DNA from: an uncultured Bacteroidales bacterium | GTDB lineage: Bacteria; Bacteroidota; Bacteroidia; Bacteroidales; VadinHA17 | DNA: 64,000 nucleotides | Assembly: GCA_963818295.1 (NCBI GenBank) | Contig: CAWFRW010000021.1 | Span: forward strand, 1,794-65,793 | Reading direction: 5' to 3' | Shown: in pieces, positions 44,202 to 56,969 of the stretch | Layout of the letters: each line of letters starts with the position of its first letter | Numbering within the stretch: position 1 is the stretch's first letter | Translations under genes and position numbers: made by a program | Notes under the pieces: model-generated | Told to the model about the DNA's origin: nothing | The model's database searches: none | What the model saw: the letters and a program-made list of their open reading frames with translations, nothing else

Positions 44202-46941
44202 ATGAAATCGCTCAGACTAATATTTGCTTTTCTCTGTTCTTCCGGAGTAGTTTCTGCACAGGATCTGTCTGTAAAGGATCTGACGCTCGAACACAAGAAG
44301 AATCCTGTAGGCATTGATATCTTACAGCCAAGGTTTTCCTGGAAAATTAGCGGAACAGGCAATAATATTCTGCAGACTGCATACTCTGTAAGGGTTGCAA
44401 CAAACGATAAATTTTCCTCCTCTGACATTGTATGGCAGTCAGGAAAAATTGAATCCGGATGAATCAGTTCTGCAGGATTATAAAGGTCCTGCTCTTAAAT
44501 CAGGACAGAGATATTTCTGGCAGGTAAAGATCTGGGACAATAAAGGAAGAGCATCAAAGTGGAGTGAAACAGCTTTCTGGGAAATGGGACTGCTTTCACA
44601 GTCAGACTGGAAAGCAAAATGGATTGAAATGCCTGGCGATACACTACGTTATTCACCCTCCCCTCATTTCAGGAAAGAATTCAGGGTTGAAAAAAAGATA
44701 GCAAGTGCAAGAGCTTATGTTACTTCACATGGCTTTTACGAACTGCATCTTAACGGGAAAAAAGTTGGCGATCAGGTACTTACTCCTGGCTGGACATCAT
44801 ATTCAAAAAGACTCCAGTACCAGGTATATGATGTTACAGCAATGCTTCAGACAGGGAATAATGCAATTGGTGCTGTACTTGGATGACGGATGGTACAGGG
44901 GTACACTTCCAAGGGGCTGGGCCAACTTTGGCAAACAGCTTGGTCTTCTGCTGCAGCTGAACATTTTATTCACTGACGGTTCTGAAATGACTCTCATAAG
45001 TGATGGAAGCTGGAAAGCATCAAATGATGGAGCAATCAGAATGAATGATATTTATAATGGTGAAACTTATGATGCCACAAAAAAACTCACAGGCTGGGAT
45101 CTGAGCGGTTACAACGATAAAAACTGGATAAATGTCAAGTACCGGAAATTATTCAAATAATAACCTGATCGCATCTGAAGGAGCTCCTGTAAGGAAAATT
45201 CAGGAGATTAAACCGGTTAAGATTTTCAGAACACCAAAGGGAGATCTGGTTGTTGATATGGGACAGAATATGGTAGGCTGGCTGAGGCTTAAAGGTTAAC
45301 AGGACCAAAAGGAACAGTTGTCACACTCAGACATGCGGAGGTTCTGGATAAGTTTGGTGAATTTTACACTACAAATCTGCGCTCTGCCAAATGTGAGTTG
45401 AATTATACCCTTGCCGGTACCGGTGAGGAGATTTATGAACCACGGTTTACATTCATGGGATTCAGATATGTTGAGATAGCGGGATTCCCCGGAGAACTGA
45501 CTGCCGATAATCTCACCGGAGTGGTTGTACATTCTGATATGCCGGTAACCGGAAGCTTTGAGTGTTCAAATCCGCTGCTGAACCAGCTGCAGCATAATAT
45601 TCAGTGGGGCCAGAAAAGCAATTTTGTTGATGTCCCGACCGATTGTCCGCAGACGTGATGAACGTCTTGGCTGGACAGGTGATGCTCAGGCATTTTGCAG
45701 GACAGCAGCATTCAATATGGATGTTTCAGCATTCTTTACAAAATGGCTGAAAGATGTTGCAGCAGATCAGCGACCGGGAGGCGAAGTTCCTGATGTTATT
45801 CCCGATGTTCTTAATCCGCAGGGCAGTCAGTCAATAAAACCATCTGCAGGCTGGGGAGATGTGGCGGTTATTACACCATGGACAATGTACCTTGTGTACG
45901 GCGACAAGAGGCTGCTCAGAACACAATATCCGAGTATGAAGGCATGGGTGGATTATATCAAAAAAGAAGCCGGTAATGATTATATCTGGCAAGGCGGCAG
46001 CAAATACGGTGACTGGCTGTTTTATCACCCGCCTGTAAATAATCATCCGGAACCTGATGGTTATACCGAACATGATTTCATTGCAACGGCATATTATGCA
46101 TATTCAACAAGCATCCTTGTTGCCGCTGCAAAGGAACTTGGAAACACTGAAGATGAGCTGATTTACGGTGCAATATTCAATAAGATAAAAGAAGTATTTA
46201 TCAATGAATATGTTACAAAAGCAGGAAGAGTCGGGACCAAGTTCACAGACATCATATGTGCTTGCCCTGATGTTCAATCTTCTTCCTGAAAATCTTCGTG
46301 AAAAATCTGCCGGATTCCTTGTTGAAGATATTAAAAAGCAGGGAGAATCATCTCTCGACAGGTTTTCTTGGAACAATCTATCTCTGTCATGTATTATCAT
46401 CATGCGGATATACTGATGTAGCCTATGACCTTCTGCTGCAGGAGACATATCCCGTCATGGCTGTATCCTGTTAAAATGGGTGCAACAACAATCTGGGAAA
46501 GATGGGATGGTCAGAAAACTGACAGTACATTTCAGGATGCCGGGATGAATTCATTCAATCATTATGCATATGGAGCAATAGGTGACTGGATGTACAGGAT
46601 ATCAGCCGGTATTGAAACCAAGAGATGCCGGTTATAAACATCTGATCATTCAGCCACATCCTACGGAAAAGCTTATCCTATTCAAAAGCAGTCTTTTGAA
46701 AGCTCCTATGGCCCTGTTGCATCAGGATGGGAAAGAAAGGAAATAAGATAATTGTGAATGTTAAGATTCCGGCCAATACCACTGCTACAATAATTCTTCC
46801 GGTAGATGAGCTTCAAAAGTTACTGGAGGCGGGAAAAGCCTTACGGATAACAAGATCTTTACTTCAGTAAAGACTGAAAATAAAAAATTATTAATTGAAG
46901 CAGGGTCAGGTAATTATACATTTGAATATCCTGTAGAATAG
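44202..46941 (+). pseudogene. GH78 alpha-L-rhamnosidase; about ten frame breaks
   Basis: Signal peptide, then successive pieces: PRFSWKI, QRYFWQVKIWD, AYVTSHGFYELHLNGKKVGDQVLTPGWTSY, FMGFRYVEI, DCPQ.RDERLGWTGDAQAF, TIWERWDG and NHYAYGAIGDW. Confidence 0.85.
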
Positions 46942-47001
46942 AAACAGGAAATATTGCTGGACTCAGCTATCTTCATTTACAAGAATAAAAGTTATTTTTG
47001 C

Positions 47002-47040
47002 GGGGGTGTCAAAAAATATTTTGACACCCCTGATTTTTTA
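47002..47040 (+). terminator. Rho-independent terminator after the GH78 gene
   Basis: GGGGTGTCAAAA (47003-47014), a 4-nt loop, TTTTGACACCCC (47019-47030), then TGATTTTTTA. Confidence 0.7.
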
Positions 47041-47054
47041 TCAATAGTCTCATA

Positions 47055-47959
47055 ATGAATCTATTAGAAAATCATACTGGTGAATTTGCCGCCTTGCTGA
47101 CAGCAATTTTCTGGACTGTCACTTCAATTGCATTTGAGACTGCCAGTCATAAAATTGGCACAATAGCGGTAAATATTCTCAGGCTGGTTATTGGTTTTAT
47201 TTTCCTGAGCATTTATGCATTTATCAGACAGAGGATTGTTCCTGCCGACAGATGCCAGCGCTGATAACTGGAAATGGCTTGTTCTTTCTGGTCTTGTAGG
47301 ATTTGTATTTGGTGATCTCTTTCTTTTTAAGTCATATACGATTATAGGATCCAGGTTTTCAATGCTTATTATGACCCTGGTCCCTCCCATTACTGCATTT
47401 TTCAGCTTTCTGCTCATTGGTGAGCGACTCACCCTTTTTCACGGTCTTGGAATGACACTTACCTTTGCAGGAATTTCAATGGCAATATTCGGAAGAACGG
47501 AAAAGGCGAAAAACTATCTCTTAAACTGGCTCCAAGAGGCATTTTATATGCACTGGGTGGTGCTGTCGGACAGGCTCTGGGACTGGTGTTAAGCAAAGTT
47601 GGGACTCAGGGATTACGATCCATTCGCCGCCACACAGATCAGGATCATTGCCGGTATATTCGGATATGTGGTGCTTGTGACTCTCCTGTCGCGCTGGGGA
47701 AATGTTCAAATGGCGCTCCGAAATAAAATTGGGAATGAAGTTTACAACATTTGGAGCCTTCTTTGGCCCTTTTCTTGGTGTATCCTTTTCACTCATAGCG
47801 GTTAAATACACTGAGGCAGGTGTTGCATCGACCCTGATGTCGCTGGTTCCGGTTTTCATTATTTTGCCTGCAGTTGTTCTTTATAAGGAAAAAGTAACCT
47901 TGCCTGAAATGATAGGCGCCCTTGTGAGTGTTGGCGGAGTTGCGCTCTTTTTTATGTAA
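47055..47959 (+). pseudogene. EamA/DMT-family transporter; several frame breaks
   Basis: ORFs 47055.., 47215.. and 47702.. give two EamA-type 5-TM halves (FAALLTAIFWTVTSIAF..., ...YTEAGVASTLMSLVPVFIILPAVVLYKE). Confidence 0.75.
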
Positions 47960-47977
47960 ATCTGACAGAGATTACAT

Positions 47978-48406
47978 ATGAAACCTGAAGAACTTAAAAA
48001 CCGGAATTTTGAAAATGAATTTGTCTATTCAACATCCAGGAGCAGCGGCCCCGGAGGTCAGAATGTCAATAAGGTAAATACAAAGGTTGAACTCAGATTC
48101 AGCATCAATAACACAATGCTTCTTTCTGATGAAGAAAAGGAGCTTATATTCAGAAAACTTGCAAAAAAATCAACAGCGAAGGGGAAATTATCCTGGTAGC
48201 TCAGTCGGAACGGACACAGCTTAAAAATAAAAAGCTTGGTAACTGAAAAATTTTATCTCTGTTATCTCAGAAGCACTCTACTTTACCACCCAAAACGAAG
48301 ATCAACACGACCGACTGTTGCATCTGTCAGGAAAAGGCTTGAAGAAAAACGCAGTATGGGAATAAAGAAAAAACTCAGGAAAATATACAGGAGACCATTC
48401 CGGTGA
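47978..48406 (+). pseudogene. arfB: Alternative ribosome-rescue factor ArfB (peptidyl-tRNA hydrolase, GGQ motif); frameshifted; end approximate
   Basis: Contains SRSSGPGGQNVNKVNTKVELRF. It continues out of frame as LVAQSERTQLKNKKL, with a basic C-terminal tail. Confidence 0.8.
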
Positions 48407-48623
48407 TTAGAATCCGTGCTGAATTATCTGAACTGATTTTTGATCGTACAGTAATTGATAGAGTTTTCGGAACATTGTTTGATAAAAAACAAATCATGCA
48501 ACTTTTAACTGCTTTCTGTTGTTCTTTTGATGTAAGAATTAAGTTGCATTTATCAAATTAAATCAGATTTGGTTTGCTTAATTCATTAATTTTGTAGTAT
48601 CTATAGGGAAGATTATATTAATA

Positions 48624-51600
48624 ATGAAAAGAATCCTGATTTTATTTTTTCTGGCAATAATTTCATCTCTTTCATTTGCCCAGACTGTACTCACAGTGAA
48701 TGGGCAAACGTTTTACAAGTACAAATACAGGATATTACGGAGGATACTAGTGTGTCCACGGTCTATCCAAACCACACTCACTTTCACAAATAATTTCATT
48801 TACAACTGTTAATTCATCAGGTTACCAGCTGATTGCCGGTGATGAGATTATCGGATCAAATAATAATCATCTTGACGGTGCTGTTATAACAGGGAACAGA
48901 TTCATCTGGAACGGGACAGATCCGGCAAATGTAAGCCAGACCCATGCTTTATTCACCGGGTATAATACCAATGTCATCATCAAATACAATTATCTCTACA
49001 GATCGCCGAACGGCGATCCCGAGAAAGTCTGCAGGGATGCACAATACATCAGGCGGCATAGCCTATAATCTTCTTGTTGATCCACTCGTAGGTGTTGTTG
49101 CAAAAGGGATGAATGATGTGAGGATTTACAACAATACTTTTTACAGCACAAAATCGCAGGCAGAAATCTGGCGGGGACTTATAGATATACATAAAAACAC
49201 TGATGACGGTCAGGATATCCCTCCACAGGAACCAAAATCTTCAATAATATCTTTTATACTGAAAAGGAGAGAGTAGATATAAACATTTATGAGCCTGAAT
49301 GTCTTGAGGGTTTTGAGAGTGATTATAATCTTTATTATTGTGCCAGTCGGGAAAAGGTCCCACGGTTTCAGATAGGTGCAACTGTATATACATTATGCAG
49401 AGTGGAGGCTTATGGGGTATGATGCTCACTCGGTGGTTATCGATCCCAATTTTGCTGATAAAATAGGCTTTGTGCCGACGACGCGTCTTGACTATGGAAC
49501 TGATCTGGGTTCTGAATGGCTGACAGGACTGGCAACTGATGCAGTATGGGGCACAACAAGCCCTGCAACTGCAGATCAGAATGGAACATGGCAGGTTGGT
49601 GCACGGATATTCGGTCCCGCAGGTATTCCAGTAACAAATATATCAGTCACCGGACAGGGAGGATCATCAGCAATCACAACTGATAACGGGACTTTACAGC
49701 TTAGCGCTGCCGTACTACCTGACAATGCCACAAATAAGAGTGTGGTCTGGTCAATAACAAATGGTACCGGACAGGCAACAATCAATTCTGCCACGGTCTT
49801 GTGACAGCAGTTGCAAACGGCACTGTTACAGCCACTGCGACAGCAAATGATGGATCAGGCATATCAGGAAATCTGGTTATTACAATTTCAAATCAGCCGA
49901 TACCGGTAACAGCAGTTTCTGTTACAGGAGCAGGAGGTGCTACATCGATTACCACTGATAACGGAACACTTCAACTGACTGCAACCGTTTTGCCTGCCAG
50001 ATGCTACCAATAAATCAGTTACATGGATCATAACAAACGGAACAGGTCAGGCAACCATCAGTACATCAGGACTTGTAACTGCTGTTTCAAATGGCACAGT
50101 TACGGCAAGGGCAACAGCAAATGACGGATCAGGAATTTACGGGACACTTCTTCTTAATATTTCAAATCAGACTATACCTGTAGGCAGTATCACTGTTACA
50201 GGGGCAGGTGGCAGTACAACAATTACTTCTGATAACGGGACATTACAGTTAAGTGCCGCAGTTACTTCCGGCAGATGCAACAAATAAAAATGTGACCTGG
50301 TCACTGACCAATGGAACAGGACAGGCTACACATCAGCGGGACCGGATTGGTAACAGCTGTTGCAAACGGTACTGTTACAGCAAGAGCGACAGCAGCTGAC
50401 GGATCCGGCGTCTATGGAACACTTGATCCTTACGATCTCCAATCAGATTGTTCCTGTTATCCGGCATCACTGTTACAGGTGCAGGCGGTGCAACCGTTAT
50501 AACAACGGCAAACGGAACCCTTCAGATGATAGCCGCAGTACTGCCGGATAATGCAACAAACAAAACAGTAACATGGACATTGAGAACGGAACCGGTCAGG
50601 CAACAATCAGTTCAGGCGGACTTGTGACAGCTGTCTGCAGACGGAACAGTTACTGCAAGAGCAACAGCCACTGATGGTTCATTAATTTACGGATCACTTG
50701 TAATTACAATTACAAGTCAGGTTACCCCTGTTACGAGTCATCACTGTTACAGGTGCCGGCGGAGCAACTACAATTATCGACAGATAACGGAACATTGCAG
50801 CTCAGCGCCTTGGTTTTGCCGGCAGATGCCTCCAATAAAACTGTTACATGGTCTGTCGAAAATGGAACCGGAGCAGCCAGAATAAGTGCCGGCGGAGTTC
50901 TGACTGCATCATCAAATGGCACGGTTACAGCAAGGGCAACGGCAAATGACGGAACAGGAATTTCAGGCACTCTTGTAATTACAATATCAAATCAGATTGT
51001 TCCTGTATCGGGCATTACAGTTACAGGTGAAGGCGGCGCCACAGCCATTTTCAATGATGACGGGACCTTACAGCTCATTGCCACAGTATTGCCACTCGAC
51101 GCAACATCCAAAACTGTAATCATGGTCTGTCGAAAATGGCACAGGAGAGGCTGTCATAAATTCTTCAGGTCTGTTAACGGCGATTGACAACGGGACAGTG
51201 ACTGCCAAAGCTGAATCGATCGACGGATCAGGAATCTACGGAACTCTGACACTTAACTATTTCAGGACAGATAATATCAGTGACGGATATCACTGTTGCC
51301 GGGGAGGGAGGTGTATCATCGATTACCTCAATAAACAGTTCCCTTCAGTTAATTGCAGAGATTCTTCCTTCAAATGCCACCAACAAGAGCGTTTCATGGT
51401 CAGTCTCCAATATAACCGGAGCTGCAACCATCAGTGCAGACGGACTGGTTACTGCTCTTGAGAATGGCACAGTAACAGCTCAGGCAACAGCCAATGACGG
51501 TTCAGGTGTGTATGGGACAATGAATATTTCAATTAACAGCAACGATCAGAAGCCTTATTCGGTTATTGTGACATACCGATGAAGTGACGATCATCTTTTA

Positions 51601-51778
51601 TGAAGATTTTGTTTCCTGCATTGCTGATCTGTACAATCTTCAGGGAAATCATGTTATGAGAAAAATTGTGGATACCGATACACTTATTTTCAATACATCT
51701 CACCTTGCTCCCGGACTGTATCTTATTGTTCTTTCAAGGGGAGATCTGCTGGCTGTTGAAAAAGTCATGATCCCTTAA
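48624..51778 (+). pseudogene. T9SS-sorted surface protein: signal peptide, parallel beta-helix-like region, 7 Big_2 repeats, Por C-terminal domain; many frame breaks
   Basis: MKRILILFFLAIISSLSFAQ; beta-helix-like region (HLDGAVITGNRFIWNG...VRIYNNTFY). The repeats are described in the next feature. The tail is LYNLQGNHVMRKIV...LAPGLYLIVLSRGDLLAVEKVMIP. Confidence 0.7.
49628..51540 (+). repeat. Seven tandem coding repeats of about 273-279 nt (Big_2 Ig-like domains)
   Basis: The unit is VTG.GG...ITTDNGTLQL.A.VLP..ATNK.V.W...NGTGQATI...GLVTAVANGTVTA.ATANDGSGI.G.L.I.ISNQ. Units start near 49640, 49916, 50187, 50464, 50740, 51012 and 51285. Confidence 0.8.
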
Positions 51779-51838
51779 TCTGACTGTGAGATCCATGAAA
51801 TGTTTTTTATGTCATCTCTTTAAGAAGTAAAAATTCCT

Positions 51839-53295
51839 TTATACCTCTTTAAGTTTCCACTTTCCTCTTCTGAATACCAGCCAGGCGATAATTGTCATAA
51901 GCGATTCAGCCACAACAATTGCAATAAAGACACCCTTCTTCCTTCATATCTGCTTTAATTGCAAGAATATATGCAAGAGGTATTTCAACCATCCAGAAGG
52001 CAAAGATATTTATTTTCAGAGGTGTTGAGGTATCGCCGGCTCCGTTGAAGGAGTTGACAAGTACCATTCCAAGCCCATAAGCTATAAAACCAATGCTTAC
52101 AATTCTGAGGCAGAGAATACCGGATTCTATTACATTTTCATTTGTGATGAACATACGGATAAAAAACCCGGGAAAGAGAATCAGTATCAATCCCTATAAC
52201 TCCAAGGAGGATCATATTTACCCAGCCGGTTACCCAAACAGCTTTTTCTGCTCTGTCAGGTTTTTTTGCACCAAGGTTCTGCCCTACAAGTGTTGATGCT
52301 GCATTACTTATTCCCCATGATGGAAGAAGTGTAAAACCGACAATGCGTATTGCAATTGTATAACCTGCAACAACCTCGCTTCCGAAAACTGAAATGATTC
52401 TGACAAGTGCAATCCAGCTTGTTGTACCAATCAGGTTCTGACCAATGCTTCCAAATGATAATTTAAGCAGTTTCAGCATAATCTGAGGATTGAAGTTCAG
52501 ATGCTTTAAAGAAAGCCTGATCCTTTTCTTTCCAAAGAACAGAAGATAGAATTGGATAAGAACAGCTATTCCCCTGCCGATGGTCGTTGCAACAGCTGCA
52601 CCTGTAACACCCATCTGGGGGAATGGACCCAGTCCGAAGATCAGACAGGGGTCAAGAATTATATTGATTATATTTCCTATCCAGAGCACTTTCATTGCAA
52701 CAGCAGCATCTCCTGCACTTCTGAAGATGGCGTTTATAATGAACAGCATCATAATTACAACATTTCCTCCCAGCATTATCCTTGTATAACCTGACATGCT
52801 GCCGGTAATATCTCATGAAGCTCCCATCATCTCAAGCAGACGGTCTGAGAACAAAGCACCGGGTATGCCTATGACAAGAGAGACAAATAGTCCGGTAAGA
52901 ATGGCCTGAAATGCTGTTCTGGAGGCTTCATCATTATTCTTTTCCCCTATCCGTCTCGATACCATTGATGTTGTTGCAGTACCAAGACCAATTGCAATGG
53001 CATAAATAATTGTAATCATTGATTCTGTAATTCCAACAGTTGCAACAGCATCAGCTCCGAGCTTTGACACAAAGAATATATCGGCAATCACAAATACCGA
53101 CTCCATGATCATCTCGAGCACTGCAGGTATAGAGAGCAGCAGTATTGCCCTGCTCAGCCGGCCTTCTGTAAAATCCTGTTCAGAGCCTGACACAGCTTCA
53201 ATTATATCTCTGAAAAGAGATTTTACATAGCTGTTTTTATGCTGTGCTCTGATTATTGAGAATCCATAGAATTTCTTTATCCAATTACTGAACAA
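51839..53295 (-). pseudogene. MATE-family efflux transporter; at least 3 frame breaks
   Basis: ORFs 52813..53295, 52138..52797 and 51906..52190 are colinear 12-TM MATE pieces ([43 protein letters not shown]). Confidence 0.85.
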
Positions 53296-53766
53296 AAGGA
53301 ATATGCCTTTTGTTAAAGTGCTTTATCTTTTCAAACAGACCGCTAAAATATCTCAAAATCGGCAATTAGGGCATCTGAAACAGTCAATATATTTTGGCAT
53401 ATTTTTTGTAAAAAAGTGCAGTCAGAATTTTAAATGAAAATACGAGAGTGTTGTAATTATGAGTTATTTATAAAAAAAATAATGCTGTTCGAAACAATAA
53501 TGTCAAAATAATACCAGTTATATGATTCAGATACTTATGTGAATTTAAAATTATGTAAAATGCACATAATCAATAACATAACTATATATCTAATCAACAG
53601 TTGTTAAAATGGTTGTTAATAAAATGCCAATTGTGTTAATATTATTGAGGGTCGAATGATATAATATATTTATAGATTATTTATTTTCGTCCAGTTATTT
53701 ACTAAAATCAAGTACTAATTTAAAAAAACAATTAAATCGAAAAGGTGAAAATTCTCATCATCTGCT

Positions 53767-55010
53767 ATGAATGCTAACAATAATGAGGCTACGACTCTCA
53801 ATGGAGAGAGTCGCCTCGTGGGTTGCTCTTCTGATGAAGAGCCTGGCGCGAAAACCACGATTTTTTCGCAAAACGAAATCCCAAACAAGTTAGTTAGCAA
53901 CCGAAGTTCGGAGTTCCTGCACCGCTACTTCCCCCTAACGACTATAGAATCATGGAATGATTGGAAATGGCAGCTTCGAAATGCTTATCACAAGCATCGA
54001 AGACCTAAAGAAAATCATGAAATTATCCGATAAGGAGATAATGGCTATTAATAATCTAAAAGGCCGTCTTCCGCTACGGATAACTCCCTATTTTGCCTCA
54101 CTCATTTATAAAAGTAAATATTCTGATCCGCTGAGGCGTAATGTAATTCCTGTTGTGGAAGAGTTGTTGCAGCATACAACTGAACAGTCAGATCCTCTTC
54201 ACGAGAAATCATTTTCTCCTGTAAAAGGTATTGTTCACAGATATCCTGACAGGGTTTTATTCACAGTAACACAGGTCTGTTCAAATTACTGCCGCTATTG
54301 TACCCGTTCCCATTCAGTCGGGAGGCTTGATAAGCTTGGAAGGCAGGATTTTGAAAAGGCATTCAATTATATTGCAGCTCATAAAGAGGTCAGGGATGTA
54401 CTTATAAGCGGAGGTGATCCGCTTACATTATCAGACGAGACTCTCGATTATATACTGTCAAATATCAGGAGTATTCCGCATGTTGAGATGATAAGGATCG
54501 GAACAAGGATTCCTGTAGTCCTGCCCCAGCGGATAACTGATAATCTGATAAGCATACTCCGAAAATATCATCCGTTGTTCATCAGCCTGCACTTCTCGCA
54601 TCCCTCAGAAATTACTGAAGAATGTGCAAAAGCCTGTACAAAGCTTGCTGATGGAGGATTTCCTCTTGGAAGTCAGACAGTCCTTTTAAAAGGCATTAAT
54701 GATAATGTTCCTGTGATGAAGGAACTGATGCATAAGCTGCTTATGATCAGGGTAAGACCTTATTATCTGTATCAGTGTGACTTAATACCCGGATCAGGCC
54801 ATTTCAGGACTACAGTTAAAAAAGGTCTTGAGATCATCAAAGGGACTCAGAGGTTTCACAAGCGGATATGCTGTTCCTACATTTGTTGTTGATGCTCCCG
54901 GCGGCGGAGGAAAAATTCCTCTGCTTCCGGATTATGTTGTTGAGCATAACGAGGAAAAGATTGTGATGAGAAACTATAAGGGTGTGTTGTGCGAATATCC
55001 TGAAAAATAA
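53767..55010 (+). pseudogene. kamA: Lysine 2,3-aminomutase (KamA-family radical SAM); frame breaks near 53985 and 54860; N-terminal extent uncertain
   Basis: Contains WNDWKWQLRN, LRITPYFASLI, DPLHE, HRYPDRVLFTVTQVCSNYCRYCTR (CxxxCxxC), ISGGDPL, IRIGTR.PVV.PQRIT, RPYYLYQCD and [24 protein letters not shown]. It is colinear with B. subtilis KamA as I remember that sequence. Confidence 0.85.
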
Positions 55011-55019
55011 GGCTGATAA

Positions 55020-56004
55020 ATGAAAGTTGGATTGACGTTTGATTTGCGGTCATGGTATCTTGACCGTGGTTATTCTATGGATGAAACTGCCGAATTTGAC
55101 AAGCAGGAAACAGTTGATGCTCTTGCGGATTCCCTTAAAACAATGGGTCATGAGACCGAACAGATAGGGAATGCTTTTCAGCTGATTGAGGCACTCGCTG
55201 CCGGAAAAAGATGGGATATGGTTTTCAATATTGCTGAAGGATTATACGGCGACGGAAGAGAATCAGTTGTCCCTGCAATCCTTGATCAGTACAAGATCCC
55301 TTATGTATTCAGCGGACCTGTAATAATGGGGCTTTCGCTGAACAAGCATCTGGCAAAGCTTATTGTTGCTGCTGCAGGCGTACCGGTAAGTCCCGGGCAT
55401 CCTTATCTCCGAATTGAAATGACCTCGGAGCGGATAAATCTGAATTATCCTCTGTTTATAAAACCGGTTTCAGAAGGTACCGGCAAAGGCATTACTGAAA
55501 AAAGCCTTGTGAATAATGCTGCAGGAGCTTAGAACAATGGCTGAATGGATACTGAATGAATTCAGGCAACCAGCCCTTGTTGAAGAATATCTTCCCGGCA
55601 GGGAATTCACTGTCGGCATTACGGGAACAGGTGAAGAAGCTGTTGCAATCGGAGGCATGGAGGTGATCTGCGCTGATAATCTCCCCTATTCGGTTGAAGT
55701 CAAGGAGAATTATCAGAATTATTGTTCATATGCTCCTCTTGGTGCAGATATAGCTGATGAATGCAAAACAGTTGCACTCGGAGCATGGAAAGCTCTCAAT
55801 GCTGTTGATGCCGGAAGAGTTGATCTGAAAGCCGACAGAACCGGAAGGATCTGTTTCATTGAAGCCAATCCTCTCGCAGGGCTTAATCCGGTTCATTCTG
55901 ATCTGCCAATATTAGCAAGGATGTATGGAATTGAATATCAGCAACTTCTGGAAATGATAATGGATGCAGCAATAAGAAGGAATAAAGTGGTGCAGACTGT
56001 ATGA
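55020..56004 (+). pseudogene. D-Ala-D-Ala-ligase-family ATP-grasp enzyme 1; one frame break near 55520
   Basis: ORFs 55020..55532 (MKVGLTFDLRS...AEFD...IPYVFSGP...LNKHLAK) and 55516..56004 (EEYLPGREFTVGI...IEANPLAGLNP). Confidence 0.75.
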
Positions 56005-56964
56005 AAAAATGCTGCATAATATATAATGAACCCCTCCCGGGAGCACTGGAGGATGAGCTTGATGTACTCGATCAGGTTGCCCATATTGAGCAACATCTGA
56101 TTGAAATGGGTATTCATGTCTCCAGAAAAGGCATTACCGAAAATTTCATGGCTGAGATGGCTGTTCTTGCGGATGAAAAACCTGATTTTGTCTTCAACCT
56201 TGTTGAATCGATCAAAAATAAGGGTGAGCTGAATTATTTTGTGCCGGCGCTGCTGAATATGTATGCAATTCCCTATTCAGGAAACTCGCTGGAATCTATT
56301 TTTTTCACTACAAGCAAAACTATTGCAAGCAGGATGATGAAGGATGCAGGTATAAATAATCCTGCTTCATATAAACCATCACAGATGAACCTCCTCAAAC
56401 CCGGACGAACGTATATTGTAAAACCGGTTTGGGAAGATGGTTCTCTTGGAATAACTGCTGATTCGGTCTTTGTATGTGCTCCCGGCTTTGAGGAAAAGCT
56501 CAAAGGCAAGGATGATGCACACTGGTTCATTGAAGATTTTATAGATGGCAGGGAATACAATATAAGTGTTCTTGCAGGAAAAGATGGACCGGAAGTTCTT
56601 CCTGCTGCCGAAATAGTCTTTCGTGATTATGATGATTCAAGGCCGAAAATAGTTGATTTCAAGGCTAAATGGGAAATGGATACCTTTGAATATGATAACA
56701 CCGTGAGGGAGTTTCCGGGATCTGATCTTGATCCGGAATTTATTGGACGGCTCAAGGAAACAGCAAAGAGCATGCTGGAACCTGTTTGGTCTGAAAGGCT
56801 ATGCAAGGGTTGATGTAAGGGCTGACAATAACGGAAATATCTTCGTAATTGAGATCAATGCCAATCCATGCATATCACCTGATGGCGGATTCGTTGCTGC
56901 CACACGACAGGCAGGCTATCCTTTCACAACCGTCCTGCAACGGATTATTGATGACTTAAACTGA
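56001..56964 (+). pseudogene. D-Ala-D-Ala-ligase-family ATP-grasp enzyme 2; one frame break near 56790
   Basis: The ATG overlaps the previous stop (ATGA). Contains IPYSGNS...SKTIASRMMKDAGI, IVKPVWEDGSLGI, EDFIDGREYNISVL, ...GYARVDVRADNNGNIFVIEINANPCISPDG. Confidence 0.75.
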
Positions 56965-56969
56965 TTGCT

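Noticed and set aside
28376-47054. A mobile genomic island, suggested by the concentration of broken accessory genes
   Set aside because: The window has no integrase, transposase, tRNA attachment site, direct-repeat boundaries or conjugation genes. The content is ordinary Bacteroidota chromosomal accessory metabolism.
47978-48406. A programmed frameshift in the release-factor-like arfB gene (by analogy with prfB)
   Set aside because: ArfB is not known to use programmed frameshifting. Identical-looking +/-1 breaks occur in most neighbouring genes, so this is part of the general indel problem.
49628-51540. A regular repeat of about 275 nt that could be mistaken for a CRISPR or satellite array
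   Set aside because: The units are far longer than CRISPR repeats and have no unique spacers. They translate into Big_2 Ig-like domains inside a signal-peptide-to-T9SS-tail protein.
53296-53766. A lysine riboswitch (L-box) upstream of kamA
   Set aside because: The region is extremely AT-rich. It lacks the GC-containing multi-helix junction and conserved L-box core segments as I remember them.
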